From assembly GCA_030704615.1 (NCBI GenBank), contig CM060733.1:25792001-25856000 (forward strand): DNA of 64,000 bases. Reading direction: 5' to 3'. Positions 13,297 through 26,870 of this stretch are shown one piece after another. Source of the DNA: Takakia lepidozioides. Lineage: Eukaryota; Plantae; Bryophyta. The notes under the pieces were generated by a model. That model saw only the letters and a list, made by a program, of their open reading frames with translations. It was not told where the DNA came from and made no database searches. Within the stretch, counting starts at the first letter, position 1, and the number at the start of each line of letters is the position of its first letter. The position numbers were made by a program, and so were the translations under genes.

Positions 13297-13334
13297 TTAC
13301 CCCTCCCCCTCTCAAAAAGCCGTGTCCTCACGGT

Positions 13335-16268
13335 TTACTGTTTGGGATCAGCAAACCTTTGTGAGCGAGCACCCTTCTGTCGGTGAGAGTCTCGTGAAGG
13401 ACTCCGTATGCAAGCCCGAGTCCTATCACTGGCTGATGGAGGCGATTGAGCACTACCTGGAAATGTCTGACTTGGCTGATAACGAGGTAACCTCTCAGGC
13501 ATAGGAGATCCCCGTCGTTTCTTCTCTGCCATCTGAAGTGCATAGTCCTCTACCATGTCAAAAGAGTCCTATGAAGAACTAGTAGTATCAGAATCCTCGT
13601 CCCTCCTTAGGTGTTTTAACGGCCGAACTTTAAGTGTCTTCTCGGGAATCCTGCGTGGCATACAATGTGGGCCCACCATGTCTGGAAATTTAAACTATAC
13701 GACTTGTTGTAAGCGCTTGCAAGCAAAATTAGTGAACGCCCTGAACTCCTTAGCCGTATAGGTGAGAGGTGTGCCAATGACTTTGGAACAGTGTAAGTAT
13801 TTCCAGGCTTCATGTCCCTTAAAGAAAATATCATCAGGGCCAAATTTCTCGGTTGCCAAATTGTTCCAAGCCGAATTAAACCATGAACGAAGTTGGGAAT
13901 CCTTCTGCATCATAACTTTTGCATCATACAGGTAAATATGAGGTGACACTGAAAGTAAGACCCAATGATCCCCACTGGAATAACTCAGAAATCGTGATTG
14001 CATCTTCTGCTGCTCAATGTGATAACGTGCCATAAAACAAGCAGCATAGTATAATCCACAACCCATGACAATACTAGATACCTCATTGGTCTTGGTATAG
14101 ATGTACCAATGTACAACCTGGAAGGCAATTAATTCCTTCAGCATGGTACCTGCCTCAGACCAGTACCTTGCAAAGTGATGATCCTCAATGGGTCGATTGT
14201 TCGGAAGAACCTTAGTCCGAGTTGCCACTAGCAACCAAATGCGCATGATCTGGTAGTAATGTGCCAACGACTACGGAGGTCTAAATTCCTTCCAAGCCAA
14301 ATCCAGCACAATGGGAATTTGGTTGAAGGGCATAATCATAGCCCGACTGTACTCCCGTGCAGCAGGAGTCATAGGTGGGTTAAAAGCAGCATCCCCCCAT
14401 ACCTCAGGCTGTGGTTTTGTTGTAGTAGCAACATGGTCAACTACCTGCACAGGCACCTGCTGTGGTATTGGTACCACTGGCCCTTCTACCACTGGCATCT
14501 CCTGCACCCCCTGCAAAGAAGACTGAAAAATTAGAGTCCTGGCATGTAAATAAGTAGCCATCAGCTGCTCCTCACGAACAAAGACTCTCTTGTCAATATT
14601 TGAACTCAGGTCATCCACTTAAGTCTGCAGGCCTTCCACATCCTCCTGTAGCTCCGCTATCCTACTATAGACATTGTCTATAGTAGTTGTGGCAATGTTC
14701 TGCACTTGCAATCTGAGCTCATTCATCTCGCCCTGGGTGAGCTTCCTTGGTGCTTTGCCTTCTATCGGCCCTTGTGCTAACCATACCTGTATAAGGTGGT
14801 TATCCACCAAGTCCTGTGTGGCACCTCTGAGAGTCTGCTCCTCCGTGAATCTGTACACATCTAACTGCTGCTGTAAAGCCTCCATGCGCTTCGCATGAGG
14901 TTCAACCAGGCCCGCATAGGCAGCAGCCAGATTATTGGCTTCCTTCCAAGCCTTGTTAGCCGCAGAGAGTTCATTTCTATTGACCATGACTATTTGTTGC
15001 AACTCCAGGATGTACCTCTCCTGGTCAGCCTCAACCTGTCTGTACTGTTGGAAAGTATTCTCATTGCGACAGATTGTAGCCTGCAAATCAACAATGAGTT
15101 TCCCTTGCTCTATTATCTCAGCTTCTGCCATCATACATCCCTCCCCTTGTCTGTTAACTTCTAATGCAGTTGGCTCTAGAGCAGTTGTTAGTGTAGCACA
15201 TTGTATGGTCATCCTCTAATGTACTGCCTCCAACTCTGTATGTAGTACGTTCACTTCTTGCAACTTGCCCTCATGCTTCACCTGCAATTGATATAACTGT
15301 TGCTTATGTGCTTCATGCAACTGGTCCTGCTCGAGACCTCCTTCAATCAAATGTCCCTTAGCCAATTACAAGGCAACCTTTGTGTCCTCCAACTCTTGCT
15401 GTAACTTGAGATTGATCTCCTCATCTATCTTGTTAGCACACTCAGTGGCAATTCGAGTCTCAAACTCCTTCCTGAGTTCCTCCCTCAAAGCTGCCAATTG
15501 GGTAGATGGAACATGGGATTTCACATAAGTGCCCAACAAATTGAGTGTCATGCTTATGGAACTCATAAGCATGGCCTCCTGGAGGTCATCATGGTAAACT
15601 TGCTGCTTTTCTCCCTGATCCTCCACAGTGTGATGCTTCACCAACCATTCAGGCCATTGCCCCACCAGATCCTCTTCCTGAACCACCTCATCCTCCACAG
15701 GTGCTGCAGTGTCCTTATATTCTACCCCTAGTACCTCCGTCACAGGTGTGGGTATTACATGCACAGCAGGGATTTCCCTGGACAAACTCTGCACCTCTGG
15801 TACCACTGATTCCCTGACCAAGCCAGAGTTTTCATAGAGAAGGTCACCCTTCTCAATTTCTGCCACGACCTGCTCTGTAGTGGGAATGTCCAACCCTTCT
15901 CTTTCTAGAGCAATAGGCTCTGGTGGAACAGCATGTACTAACTGAGGTACCTCTGAGACAACCAATTCAACTGGCTATGATGGCTGTGGTACCGAAGTGA
16001 CTTCTTCTTTCCTCTCCAAAGGTCATGTTTTTAGTAATAACAGCCCTCTGTGCTGCTGTGCCCCATCCTGCACAAGAGCTTGGGAAACATCATCTTGCGG
16101 CTTTCTTGAAGCCAGTGGATCCGCCACTACAGTCATACCCCTCTTCTGTCTCTTAGACTGGTGTTGTTCTGCCAGTCCACCCTCACTATGTGAAAAACCC
16201 TGCTCCTCCATTGCAGTGGTTGCTGCCTCAAACACTCCCATCTCCTTACATTCTCGCGCATCAAGTAT
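13335..16268 (-). pseudogene. Element A accessory ORF, C-terminal part (coiled coil plus unknown globular domain), with stops
   Basis: ORFs 16023-16271, 15366-15965, 14619-15212, 14271-14618, 13695-14267 and 13335-13556 are collinear homologs of 42034-45000. Confidence 0.85.
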
Positions 16269-17687
16269 CACTACAAGATATGAGCGTTTTTAGGACTACA
16301 GCTTTGGCGGAGTCATAAAAACTGCACTAGGTACATGACTACAGAGCGCTGAAATGCATTACAGTTTTAGTTTTATGACTTTGTAGTAATGGATATCACT
16401 ACATGACTCCGGAAAGTTAGGGAGCATTGGTCAAACATTGTTGACCATGATGACAGGGATGGTTTATATGACTAGTGTGATATGTTTGACTACACGTGGA
16501 CGACGTTTCATGGAATCTTACGACTCCATGACTGAAGATGGTTTCAGAGCTCTATTTATATGACTACATCACTACACGTGTCATTTTGAAGGCACATATA
16601 ATGCAAATAAGGTTGCCCATTAGGTTTAAAAAAGTTAAAAAATTTGTTAATAAGGTTGCCCATTAGTGTAATCGTGAACAGAAAGGAGGGCTGGGACTTG
16701 GCGTTTTTTTGTCTCCTGCGCCACACCACATAGCTGAGGGATGGAACGCGATGATAGCAGGATATGCAGGGGCGTGGGATGGAGGCGTTGAGCAAATGAT
16801 GCACGAAGGAGAAGAGGAGGAGGAGACGAGACGAGGAGAAGCGAGCTCGCCGTTCTTGGGAGAGTCAGCTTGGTCTTAGCAAGCGTGTTTCAATCTCTGA
16901 CTACTCATGTACGCCGTAGTGGTTCGATCTGACAGACCAATCCGACATTACCTGACTACAGACACAAGCAGCACACACAAGAGGTCATTGGTCAAATCCT
17001 CCATGGGTCAGGACAGGTCAAGGACAATGTGGTAGGGTACCTTCTTCTTCAACCTATTTCAGCCTGTGTTGCCCTCTCATCAGACTCGGCCGCAAGATGC
17101 ATATTGAATTCTGTAAGTTAGGTCGTTGGGTAGATCTGTGGTGGTTTGGAGTGACTTTGGCAAGTTACTGCCAGTGTGGCAGCAGGGAAGTATCCAAAAA
17201 CATATAATAGAGGTGAGGAGAAGCTTTGGGGTGAACACTTTCCGACCCCAATGGTGGGACAATGGAGACAAAAAGGCGAATGCCTGTTGGACTACAGAGA
17301 GAAGCAGATGCATTTCAGATTGTGATAAGTAGGGTTGGGGTGTTTTGGGGAAGAACTCCACACCAGTATGGTTGGGGTGTTTGCTGGTAGAATTGTAGGC
17401 TGTCAGAGGCATGGATAGCCGAAGGAGCAGGGATAGAGTGTGGGTCCAGATTCATCCAAGAGGGCTGGATTTCAAGCTCCACATTACCTATGATTCCCTG
17501 TGGAAGGATAGTTACAAGAAACCTACATGGGTAGATGGTCAACTGGAAGCGGCATGCTGTACTATATGTCATTACTGTACTATATGTCATTCCAGAGACT
17601 GTCATTGTTGGTCCATGTGTTTTACAACAATGCTATCACTATAAGACTTCTGGTTCGCATTGGAAGCTCAATCCCTGTAAGTTCATT

Positions 17688-17796
17688 GTGTGTGAAGCTC
17701 AAACTTGTGATTTGAAGGATCTTGTAGCCAAGTTCATTCAACCGGAAAGGAAAAATTCTGAAAGCTCCCAAATTTGATGTGGGCAAGCTTATGGAG
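17688..17796 (+). pseudogene. RPS3A: Captured fragment of 40S ribosomal protein S3a (eS1)
   Basis: EAQTCDLKDLVAKFI ... KILKAPKFDVGKLME followed by a GTAAG donor; matches the eS1 C-terminus. Confidence 0.85.
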
Positions 17797-18404
17797 GTAA
17801 GACTTAGCTTCCCTCCTCTAATGTAAGTGTTGGATAAGTTTCATTTAGTGTCGACCTTCACTGCATATATTGGCTCTTTTCTTGGCTGGTTTCATATTTT
17901 CTTGGCTGGTATGCTGTTGGTTGGCTTCTTTCATTTCACGTGTGTAGTGGAAGGGGAGAAGTACTTTCCTAAGTTCTGCTGCAACAATGTCTTTTTCCAG
18001 CCTAGATGTTTTCGATGGATACAAATTGAAGTGCTTTGAATGTTGCTGCAATACTATAATAAAGTGGAGGGTGCTGAATGCAGTTGGCCTTGCTTCGTGC
18101 AGGCATAATCCAAGGAAATGTGGACATAGCTGAAACCCCATGATAGCATTTCCAGAGGACGGTGTGGATGGCCTCACAATCCAGCATGCAAAATCCATGA
18201 CAATGTGGAGCTGGCTGAATGGGCAAACAGGTTAAGTGGCGAACAAGCCATGTCACTGGTACATAGTTGCATGCTTACATAGTACATGAAAGCGTACTAT
18301 ATGTCATTCCCGAAATTGACCATGTTGGTCCATGTATTTTACAACAATGCTATCAATAAAAGACCAATGGTTCGCATTGGAAACTCTATCCCCATAAATG
18401 GCTT

Positions 18405-18540
18405 GTGCGTGATGCTCAAACTTGTGATTTGAAGGATCTTATACCCCAGTTCATTGCAGAGGTGATTGGAAAAGACATTGAGAAGGCAACAGCCGTTATC
18501 TATAATCTACATATCCCCTTCAATTTGATGTGGGAAAGCC
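18405..18540 (+). pseudogene. RPS3A: Second captured RPS3A fragment
   Basis: VRDAQTCDLKDLIPQFIAEVIGKDIEKATAVIY. Confidence 0.82.
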
Positions 18541-21500
18541 GGCTGGCTGGAGGTCTAGTCTCACTTTCACTCATCTAATGTCAGTGTTGTATCCATTGCA
18601 ATGTGGAGATGTTTGAAACAACATTGGAGCATTTCCAGAGGATGGTCTGGATGGCCCTTCATGGCGTGTGCCGAATCCATGGCAAGAAAACATTGCAGGC
18701 AGAACCCATGGCAATGGTACCAGCACGGGTTGGTCCAAAGCCAATTGCAACAACAAATGAATAAAGGGTGCTGAAAGGAAAGCACTCCATAATTGATCAT
18801 AAAATCCAGTGTCCAAGCATGATATCTTAATGGGAATGCGAAGGGAGTGTTACCACCTTAAACTATCATGCATGGTCTATAACTGGAGTGCACAAATCGC
18901 GCATATCTAATCTTCATCATCCTCATCTATGTCTGGGTCACTACATGTATCACTGTCTTCATCACAGACTTGATCTTGTCCAAGGGTTGGCTGAACATCA
19001 TCACCACGTATACGGGGTGCTCGGAGGTACAAGGAGGCCACCTGCTCTGGAGTAACCGGTACCGCTCGGCTGCACCAGAGTCTCCTCTAGTCTTTGTGGG
19101 GCTAACAATCCTTCCACTTCCGCCACATCATCATTATCAATTGATATGTCGCAGACCACTCTACGTGCTCGGGGGCTCTTCTCCAGGACGACTTTCCACC
19201 CCGGCTCCTTCACACAATCAGAAAAAAACACTTGATCAACCTGGCCAGGAAACACAAAAGGTTGCTCAGAAGGTGGAAGCATACGGTTAGAATTGACAAG
19301 TGTGAAGCCAGCATCATCCTGCTTCATTGACATAGGTTGACGACCCGCGGGACTCGCCCGTACCCACGAACACAAAAACACTATAGGCTGCGTTTGGCCA
19401 TAGTCAATTTGCAAAATCTCCCTTATAAGACCCACATATCTTGTAGGTTCCTCCATGTCATTGCCTGAATTGTTGGTAATGGGCTGGTGCTGGAAAACAT
19501 ATGAGACTTCACAATCTAAAGACACCATATTTGTTGTGTTCATGCCGGGGGATGTAACCCTGTAATGGTTACCATACGCTGTCATACTCTTGAATGACAG
19601 GGCAGTAAATGATGGAGGCCTTGAAAGATCCAGTAATTCCTCACGTGTTGTAGGATCAAGCCCATCTGATTGAATTGAGAGATGATCCCGTACACCTTGA
19701 GGGAGCCAAACAGCAAATGGAGGACAAGGATGCAAATCAGGAGGGTACTGAATTGCCGTGGGATTGGTCATGCCTTCCAGCCCTTGCTCCTCACGAAACA
19801 AGCGTCGTCTGGCTTCTATCCGTGTGGACTCTGCTTCATATATCCTGTCAAAATCCGAGGGTCAGCCACGAGATTGACAGAGGTGGCGTGGGAGATTTGA
19901 AAAGACGCCATATGCCAACTAATGATAAATGACTAAAACTTGGAAATCTGAATGTCAATGAAGTAGATTTCTTACCCCAACATGACTGATATACGAGGAT
20001 GGTTCTGAATGATGTACTCATGTACAATATCACACAGGTCATTCAATTTTCGGGCTTTAGAATTTCCTTCCACAACTTCACGTTCCACAGATTCTGCCTC
20101 ATCTACATCCCACACCCTTCGTACACTTCCATCAAATCCTGCCATATACTCTGTGCAAAAACCCAATGCTTCTTCAAATTGGTATCATTTTGCCATGCTC
20201 CCCTCGGACCTTGCCATATTTCTTACGTAGCCCTTCATATCTTTCATTGCCCGCTCCATGTGGTACATCCAACGAGATGCTATAGGCCCGCATAAGTACA
20301 ACTCATCCACTAGGTGAACAACCAGATGTGTCATCACATCAAAAAATGATGGTGGGAACTCCTTCTCTATAAGACACAGAGTGAGAACTACTTCAGTTCT
20401 CAATTCCTCATACTCTACAGGATTCACCACTTTTGCACACAACTTCTTAAATACACGACATACTCGCAAAATGGCCCTTCGAGGACCACTTGGCATGAGC
20501 CCACGGATAGCAAGCGGTATAATTTGCTGCATGAGCACATGATAGTCATGTGATTTCATGCCAGACAACTTCTTCTTCACCACATGCTTTTTGAAAGCTG
20601 ATGCGTAGCCTGTTGGCACTTTCAAGTTCTGCACAATCTCCAGAAAGACTTATAACTCAGCCTCAGTGAGGACATAAGGGGCAGGAGGCATAATTAACGT
20701 ATCTGCTCTATCAGGATCACGTTGTAGCCACAATTCCGGGCGCATCCCAAGTAGCTCCAAATCACGGCGAACTTTCAATGTGTCTTTCTCACCAAAGATA
20801 GTTTTAATAATATTTCCAGCCAAGTTCTTCTCGCAATGCATTGCGTCAAACATGTGGCGGATGAGGAGACCCTACAAAATGAACACATAAGCAATTGAGC
20901 ATTTACTCATCACAATTTAAACAGAAAACGCAAAAATGTACACAGCCAATTTAAAGGCCATGAAGGAATTACCTCCCAATAAGGTAAGACATATAAAATT
21001 GACAATCGCTTAACTCCATGAGTTTTTGTTGGGTCTGTCCTGCTATCTGGCGTCCCTCCGTTTTCCACCCATGCAGTGCGAGCTATTGCAAGGTCCTTGA
21101 TTTGTGTTCCAGTCTGCGTTTTTGGAGGAATTCCATGCTCAGTAGCGCCATTGAACATTCTTGACCTTTTATATGGATGATTGCGGGCCAAAAATCTTCG
21201 GTGGCCTAGGAAAACAATTTTTCCACATGTGTGTAACTGTTGTGAAGTCACCCCGGGTCCACAAGCTGGACAACCAGCATAACCTTTCGTCACTTGACCT
21301 GAGAGCAAGCCATATGCAGGGTAGTCATGGATTGACCACATCAACACTGCCCTCAGTGTGAATTCGCGTTGACCACGAGGACGGGAAACATCATGAGCTG
21401 CAATCCCTCTCCATAGTTCCAGTAGCTCTTCCACTAGGGGCATCAGGTAAACATCTACGTTGTCCGAGATAACAGACTCCTTACCAGGAATCAGTAGCGC

Positions 21501-23257
21501 TAACATGACAAAGAACTTTTTGGTCAGTAACCACGGAGGCAGATTGTAATTGACCAAGAGAACGGGCCATGTGCTCCAACTTGTGGATTGAGCTCCGTAG
21601 GGATTTACACCGTCTAAGGCCAATCCAAATCGCAGAGATCGTGGCTCTGCAGCAAAATCCGCAAATGTGGTGTCAATGTGTCTCCATGCTTTGCTATCAG
21701 CTGGATGTCGAACCAACCCATCCTGGCTCTTATGTCTGTCGTGCCATGTCATGAGGTTAGCGATCGATTTCATCGGTACATACGTTTCAACCTTGGAATG
21801 ACAGGGAAGTGTCGCAATACTTTCTTGGGCACACTTCCACGACCTGGAATGTAACGGGAACTACGGCACACTGGGCAAATGTCTACATTCTCATACTCCC
21901 CACGGAAGAGTACACAACCACGCTCACAGGCATGAATCATCGTGTACTGCAATCCCATCTTGGCAATCATGGTTTTTGCTTCATAGTGAGTTTTCGGCAA
22001 TGAATTCTCTTTAGGCAAAAAAACTCTTACGTAACAATCCCAGAAGCTCATCCACAAATGCATTGGTGCACTTGTGGGTAGTGCATGCGTTCAGCAACGT
22101 CAAAGTTGCTTGCAGCCGGCTGATGGAGCACCCTTCAAAAAGTGGACATTGCGACTGTCGGAAGAGTTTATCATACTCGGGATCAACGTGCAGGTGAGCA
22201 TTCTCATCAAATTCATTGTCTCCGGAATCGTCGAGATCATCGTCATGATCGGCAAATGTGTGATCGGTTACACCATGAATGGGGTCCTCTCTGTTTGCAT
22301 CTGCAAAGAGAAACGCTTCCTGCAATGCACGTTGCATTTCTACCTCCAATCCACCACTCTCATCTGCGTTCTCTGTGACATTGGGCTCCCGCTGTGCCGC
22401 AGGGCCTTCGTCTAGACTAGAAGCATTCGTGTCTTTTCCGAATCGACTGCATGTCCAAAACCACTGAGGGAACAACTTTGAGATGTTTGTTACTACTGTA
22501 CAGTCGTAACGGATAAATTCGCATTTCTAATGGCGGATAGAAGTTGCATCAATGACTCCGCAGTCGGCACAATATTCGCGGCGATTTAATTCAATTATGT
22601 AAATTGTTGTTTTTTTAAAAACAACAATTACAAGTGGTTTTAAGCACTAGAGAACGACTCTTAACAACTAGGCATTCATTGCACACCTTGTGTCATGACC
22701 CATTGCGGATTAGACTGACCATGAACCCAAGAAGACCTCTTGTGCATGTTGCTTGTATCTGTAGTCAGGTAATGTGGGATTGGTTCGTAAGAACCACCAC
22801 GGTGCAGCTGAGCGGGCAGAGATTAAAATATGGGCTGCCAAGACCAAGCTGATTCCCCCAAGAACCTTGTGATCATCAGGAAGAATACCAGATCATGGTA
22901 CAAAGGGGAGCCAAGAGCCCACATTTGCACATAATGCGCCCTTGACGCCATAAACGCTTGCAACAACAGGACATGGGCCTCGATTTGGTCTTCGTCCTTC
23001 TCGCATCACTTGCTCATCTCTCTCTCAAGCCTCCATCCCTCTCCCAACACTTAGACAAATTCAGGCAAAGGACAAAGTTACTCTTCCACCACATCCGACG
23101 ATTAGAACAATCTCTACGAGCCACACAAGCCCTAAAATACATTAAAATATTCCACGTCATGATCCATGTGGAGCACTTATAAAAATTCCATTTTTGAATA
23201 GGGTGAATGTGGTGAGGGCACTTTCTTCTTCGAGCTATTTCAGCCTGTTTTGCCGAG

Positions 23258-24066
23258 ATGTAGTGTCGTGGAGTGCGATGCTTGCAGGGTATGCATAGCA
23301 GGGACGTGGGATGGAGGCTTTGGAGACCTATGAAGTTGCGAAGGGAGAGTTTGATAACATGGCTGAACGAGATGTTGTCTCAAGGAACACGCTGAATCTT
23401 GCAAGATATGGCCAGCATGTGTGCGGGATGAGGGCATTGGAGACATATGAGCAAATGTTGCGAGAAGGGGTGCAGCCTAACCGGGTCACGTTCATTTGTG
23501 TTTGCAATGCATGTGCAAACTTGGCAGCCCTGGAGACTTGGTAAAGGGCAAAGAGGTCCATCGTGACATCGTCAAAGCTGGAACTGTACCAGATGTAACA
23601 ATACCTTGTCGACATGTATGCCAAACGTGGGAGCATTCCCTTGTGGACAAGGAGTGTTCAACAATATGGCTGAGCGAAATGTGGTGTAGTGGAACGTGAT
23701 GATCGTAGGACATGCACAACATGGGCGGGGATTGCGGGTTTTGGAGACCTATGAGCAAATGATGTGGGTCTAGGGGGTGAAGCCCGAGCACATTACGTTT
23801 GTTTGTGTTTGTAGTGCATGTGCGAGCCTGTTGGAGAAGGGCAAAGAGGTCCATGGTTGCATCGTCAAAGCTGGAATTGAGGTAGATGTCATTCTGAACA
23901 TGAATACCCTTCTAGATAGGGAGTGTTCAACAATATGGCTGAGCAAAATGCGGTGTCGTGGAAAGTGATGATCGCAGGACATGCACAACAGGGGCGGGGA
24001 TTGCAGGTTTTGGAGATCTATGAGCAGTTGATGTGGGAGGGGGTGAAGTCCGACCACATTACGTTC
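23258..24066 (+). pseudogene. PLS PPR repeat fragments (cargo)
   Basis: ALETYEQM, GVQPNRVTFICVCNAC, EKGKEVHGCIVKAG; same family as 9.7-12.3 kb. Confidence 0.9.
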
Positions 24067-26723
24067 AGAGAGTTCAAATGCCTCTCCACCATGACCTTGC
24101 TTAGCTAACCATGCCTTGCTGATGTTGTTGTCTTGCACTTGAGCTGTTTTTGGACACTGGCTGGAACATCCACAAGGCGGCTCTGCTCGAGAGAGAAATC
24201 AGCTTGAATGCAGGGGCAGATTTTGAGATCACAATCACCACTCAGAACGTTGTTCTTTGCACCGGCATGGCATGTCAGCATGCATATCAGCCCAAACTCA
24301 TTATTCCGTGAGCCTTCCACTGCTGGAGTGTGCCCATTCAAGCCAAATCTTCGAACGCAGGGATGGAACGGGGTTTTGAAACCAGCATTGCCCAACTGGA
24401 TACCCAATTCAGCTCCGCATCTTGGTCCATTAATCTGCTGCACATTGTGAAGTTTTCTGCCCGTTCACCGCAAGTTGAAGAAGGAGTATTCTTAAAACTC
24501 GGGTACTCATAATCTGAAAATGGCTCTAGCTTATGTTGCTTGAGTGCGAATATGAGTGTGGTTGGCTTGGCAGCTTTACATCTGGTCCATCCCACTCGAT
24601 ATGATGAGCAGGTTCAGCTTGACTTCTCTCACACAAAAGACGCTGCGAAGATGGGGTTTGTTGCCCTAGATGACTTCCCGTCGTTGTTCTGGGCTGCAAC
24701 ATACAATTAATCTGGCCCATGGCGAGGGGCCTTGCCTTCCACCAATCATTTGTAAGTCCTGTGAAACTGTTTTTGTGGCAGTTTGTAAGCAGTGGGCAGC
24801 GATGGTGGGCTATTGTAGGATTTGATGAACTCAATGTCGTGTACTGACAGCAACCCCTCATCTCTTATGCAAGCATTCAACAAGCCAGGTTGACTGCAGA
24901 GCATATTCAGCCCCCCACGTTTCTAGTTGCCTAATGTTCTTCATCTCCTGGGCAGAGCATTTTCCAGGGTCTCCATCTGTGATGACACACTATCTTCTCA
25001 TGTGGTTCAGCTTCTGGTCTTGCTCTTGTTTGCACCACCCCAATGAAGGGCAGTTCCCACCTGCTTGATTCTCTCCATATGGTTGTCTTGGCAGGGTTTC
25101 CCACAACCGCCTTTCCTTTTCAGACTGCCAATCATCAGCCTCGTTCTCCAATGCTTCACTTTCTTCCCAAGTGAAGTGCTATCCTCTTTTATGCTTCAAC
25201 GTCCCTGCAGGTGTTTTTTCCTTCATCTCCCGTGGTGCTTTCGAATGAATGAGCACTGATTTGCATCTGTTGGCAACACTTATGATGTCCCTTTCCTTGC
25301 ATGCCACTGCAGGCCCGTCATTGACTTTCTTGGCAAGGAAGTCTCCTCCTTCTCCCTCATTTTCTGGCTCTGTTGGTTCCCCACTCACCATGCTATCAGG
25401 GCTGCATTTATTTCGTGGTGTTGCGCCAGCCAAGGGTGATCTTTCACTAGTCCGATTGTTGGCAACAGCTGATTGGAGTCTTCTTGGCAGAGTCTCCCAC
25501 GAGCTCCCATCAATTTCAGGCATCAGGTTTTCTACCCTGCCCTTCCACTTTTCATAAGCGAGGTGCCTGTCTTCCTCCCTTTCACTCTTCAGCCTCTCAG
25601 GCAGATTTTTCTTCATGCGATTGCTGCTCCCATACTTCCTGTCCTTGTTTAATTTTCTCCAGCCATCACCCTCAGATTTGACAAGGTATTGCTGCCCTTC
25701 CTTGTGTCTTTCCTCACTCCCAGCTGCTGGTTTTATCCCAAATTCACCTCTCATCCTTGCCAAACAGCCCTTGTGTGGGGAACTTCAATGAAAGGCAACA
25801 TCTCATTCTCAGCTCCTGTCTTTGTACCTCTTTGCAGCAGTCCAGCCTCGGATGCCTCACTTTCTGATTGCTAGGTTGCATTCTTTGACCACCAACCTTT
25901 GACAAGAAAGTGTGCTCCATCTTCCTCATCTTCTACTGGTTCCCTTGATGCTTCACCTCGTATGTCTTCCTCCTCATGTTTAAGCAGCAGCTCCCATGCT
26001 TGAATTGCTACTTTTCCTCGTAGTTGATCTTGTGCTTTCCTTTTTCTCCATAGCTTAATCAACTGTTTTGTCTTGGCAGCTCCCTTGCCATGAGTGCCTT
26101 GTCTCGCTGCATCTCCCTTGGCTGCCCACCATCCGTGGAGTCTTTCTTGCACCATTTTGACCCTCGTTGGCATGCACTTTGCTGTGATGCCCCACATGTA
26201 TTTGTTGCTCCCTTTAATCATCAACATAGTGCTCCAGAGCCAGTTCCTCATTGTTGACTAGTTGACCTTCTCAGCCCTTGGACCCCATTTTCCCTTCTCC
26301 CATGTTGCCTCGTCTTTCTGCTTCATCATTTGCTTTACTTGCACGATGTTGCTTCTTCCCTACAGCTCATCATGTGTTGTGGCTCTTTCCCATGTTGCAC
26401 TCACTCCCATCACACGTTGTGCAGTTGATAAGACTGAGATGAGTTGATGCAGGATAGGGGGAGGGCTTGCTGGTGTATGTTGTCCGATAGGCCCCACGCA
26501 TAGAGTCAAAGCTGGAAGTCAGCGTGCAAGGACCCAAGTGAGATAAGTCTGGTGGGGGGAGCATCTTGGGGGATGGCAGTTAGTGCAATGTGTATCTAGG
26601 GCAATATATGTCATAGCAGCGGGTGATGTGCTGCCAATTTTGAGGATAGAGACAGCCTGTAAGCTGTAGATTTGTATCAGTGGTTTCTTCTGACACATAT
26701 TGCTCCCAGTTTGCCACAACCAG

Positions 26724-26870
26724 TTTTGTTTGCGTTTGTAGTGCATGTGCGAGCCTGCTGGGGAAGGGCAAAGAGGTCCATGGTTGCATCGTCAAAGCTG
26801 GAATTGTGGCAGATGTCATTCTGAACAATACCCTTGTGGACAGGGAGTGCTCAACAATATGGCTGAGCAA
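26724..26870 (+). pseudogene. Short PPR fragment (cargo)
   Basis: FVCVCSACASLLGKGKEVHGCIVKAGIVADVILNNTLVD. Confidence 0.88.

Noticed and set aside
22602-22650. Helitron 3' end (AT hairpin followed by CTAG)
   Set aside because: The hairpin is AT-only and the insertion is better explained by CACTA TIRs plus a TCT TSD.
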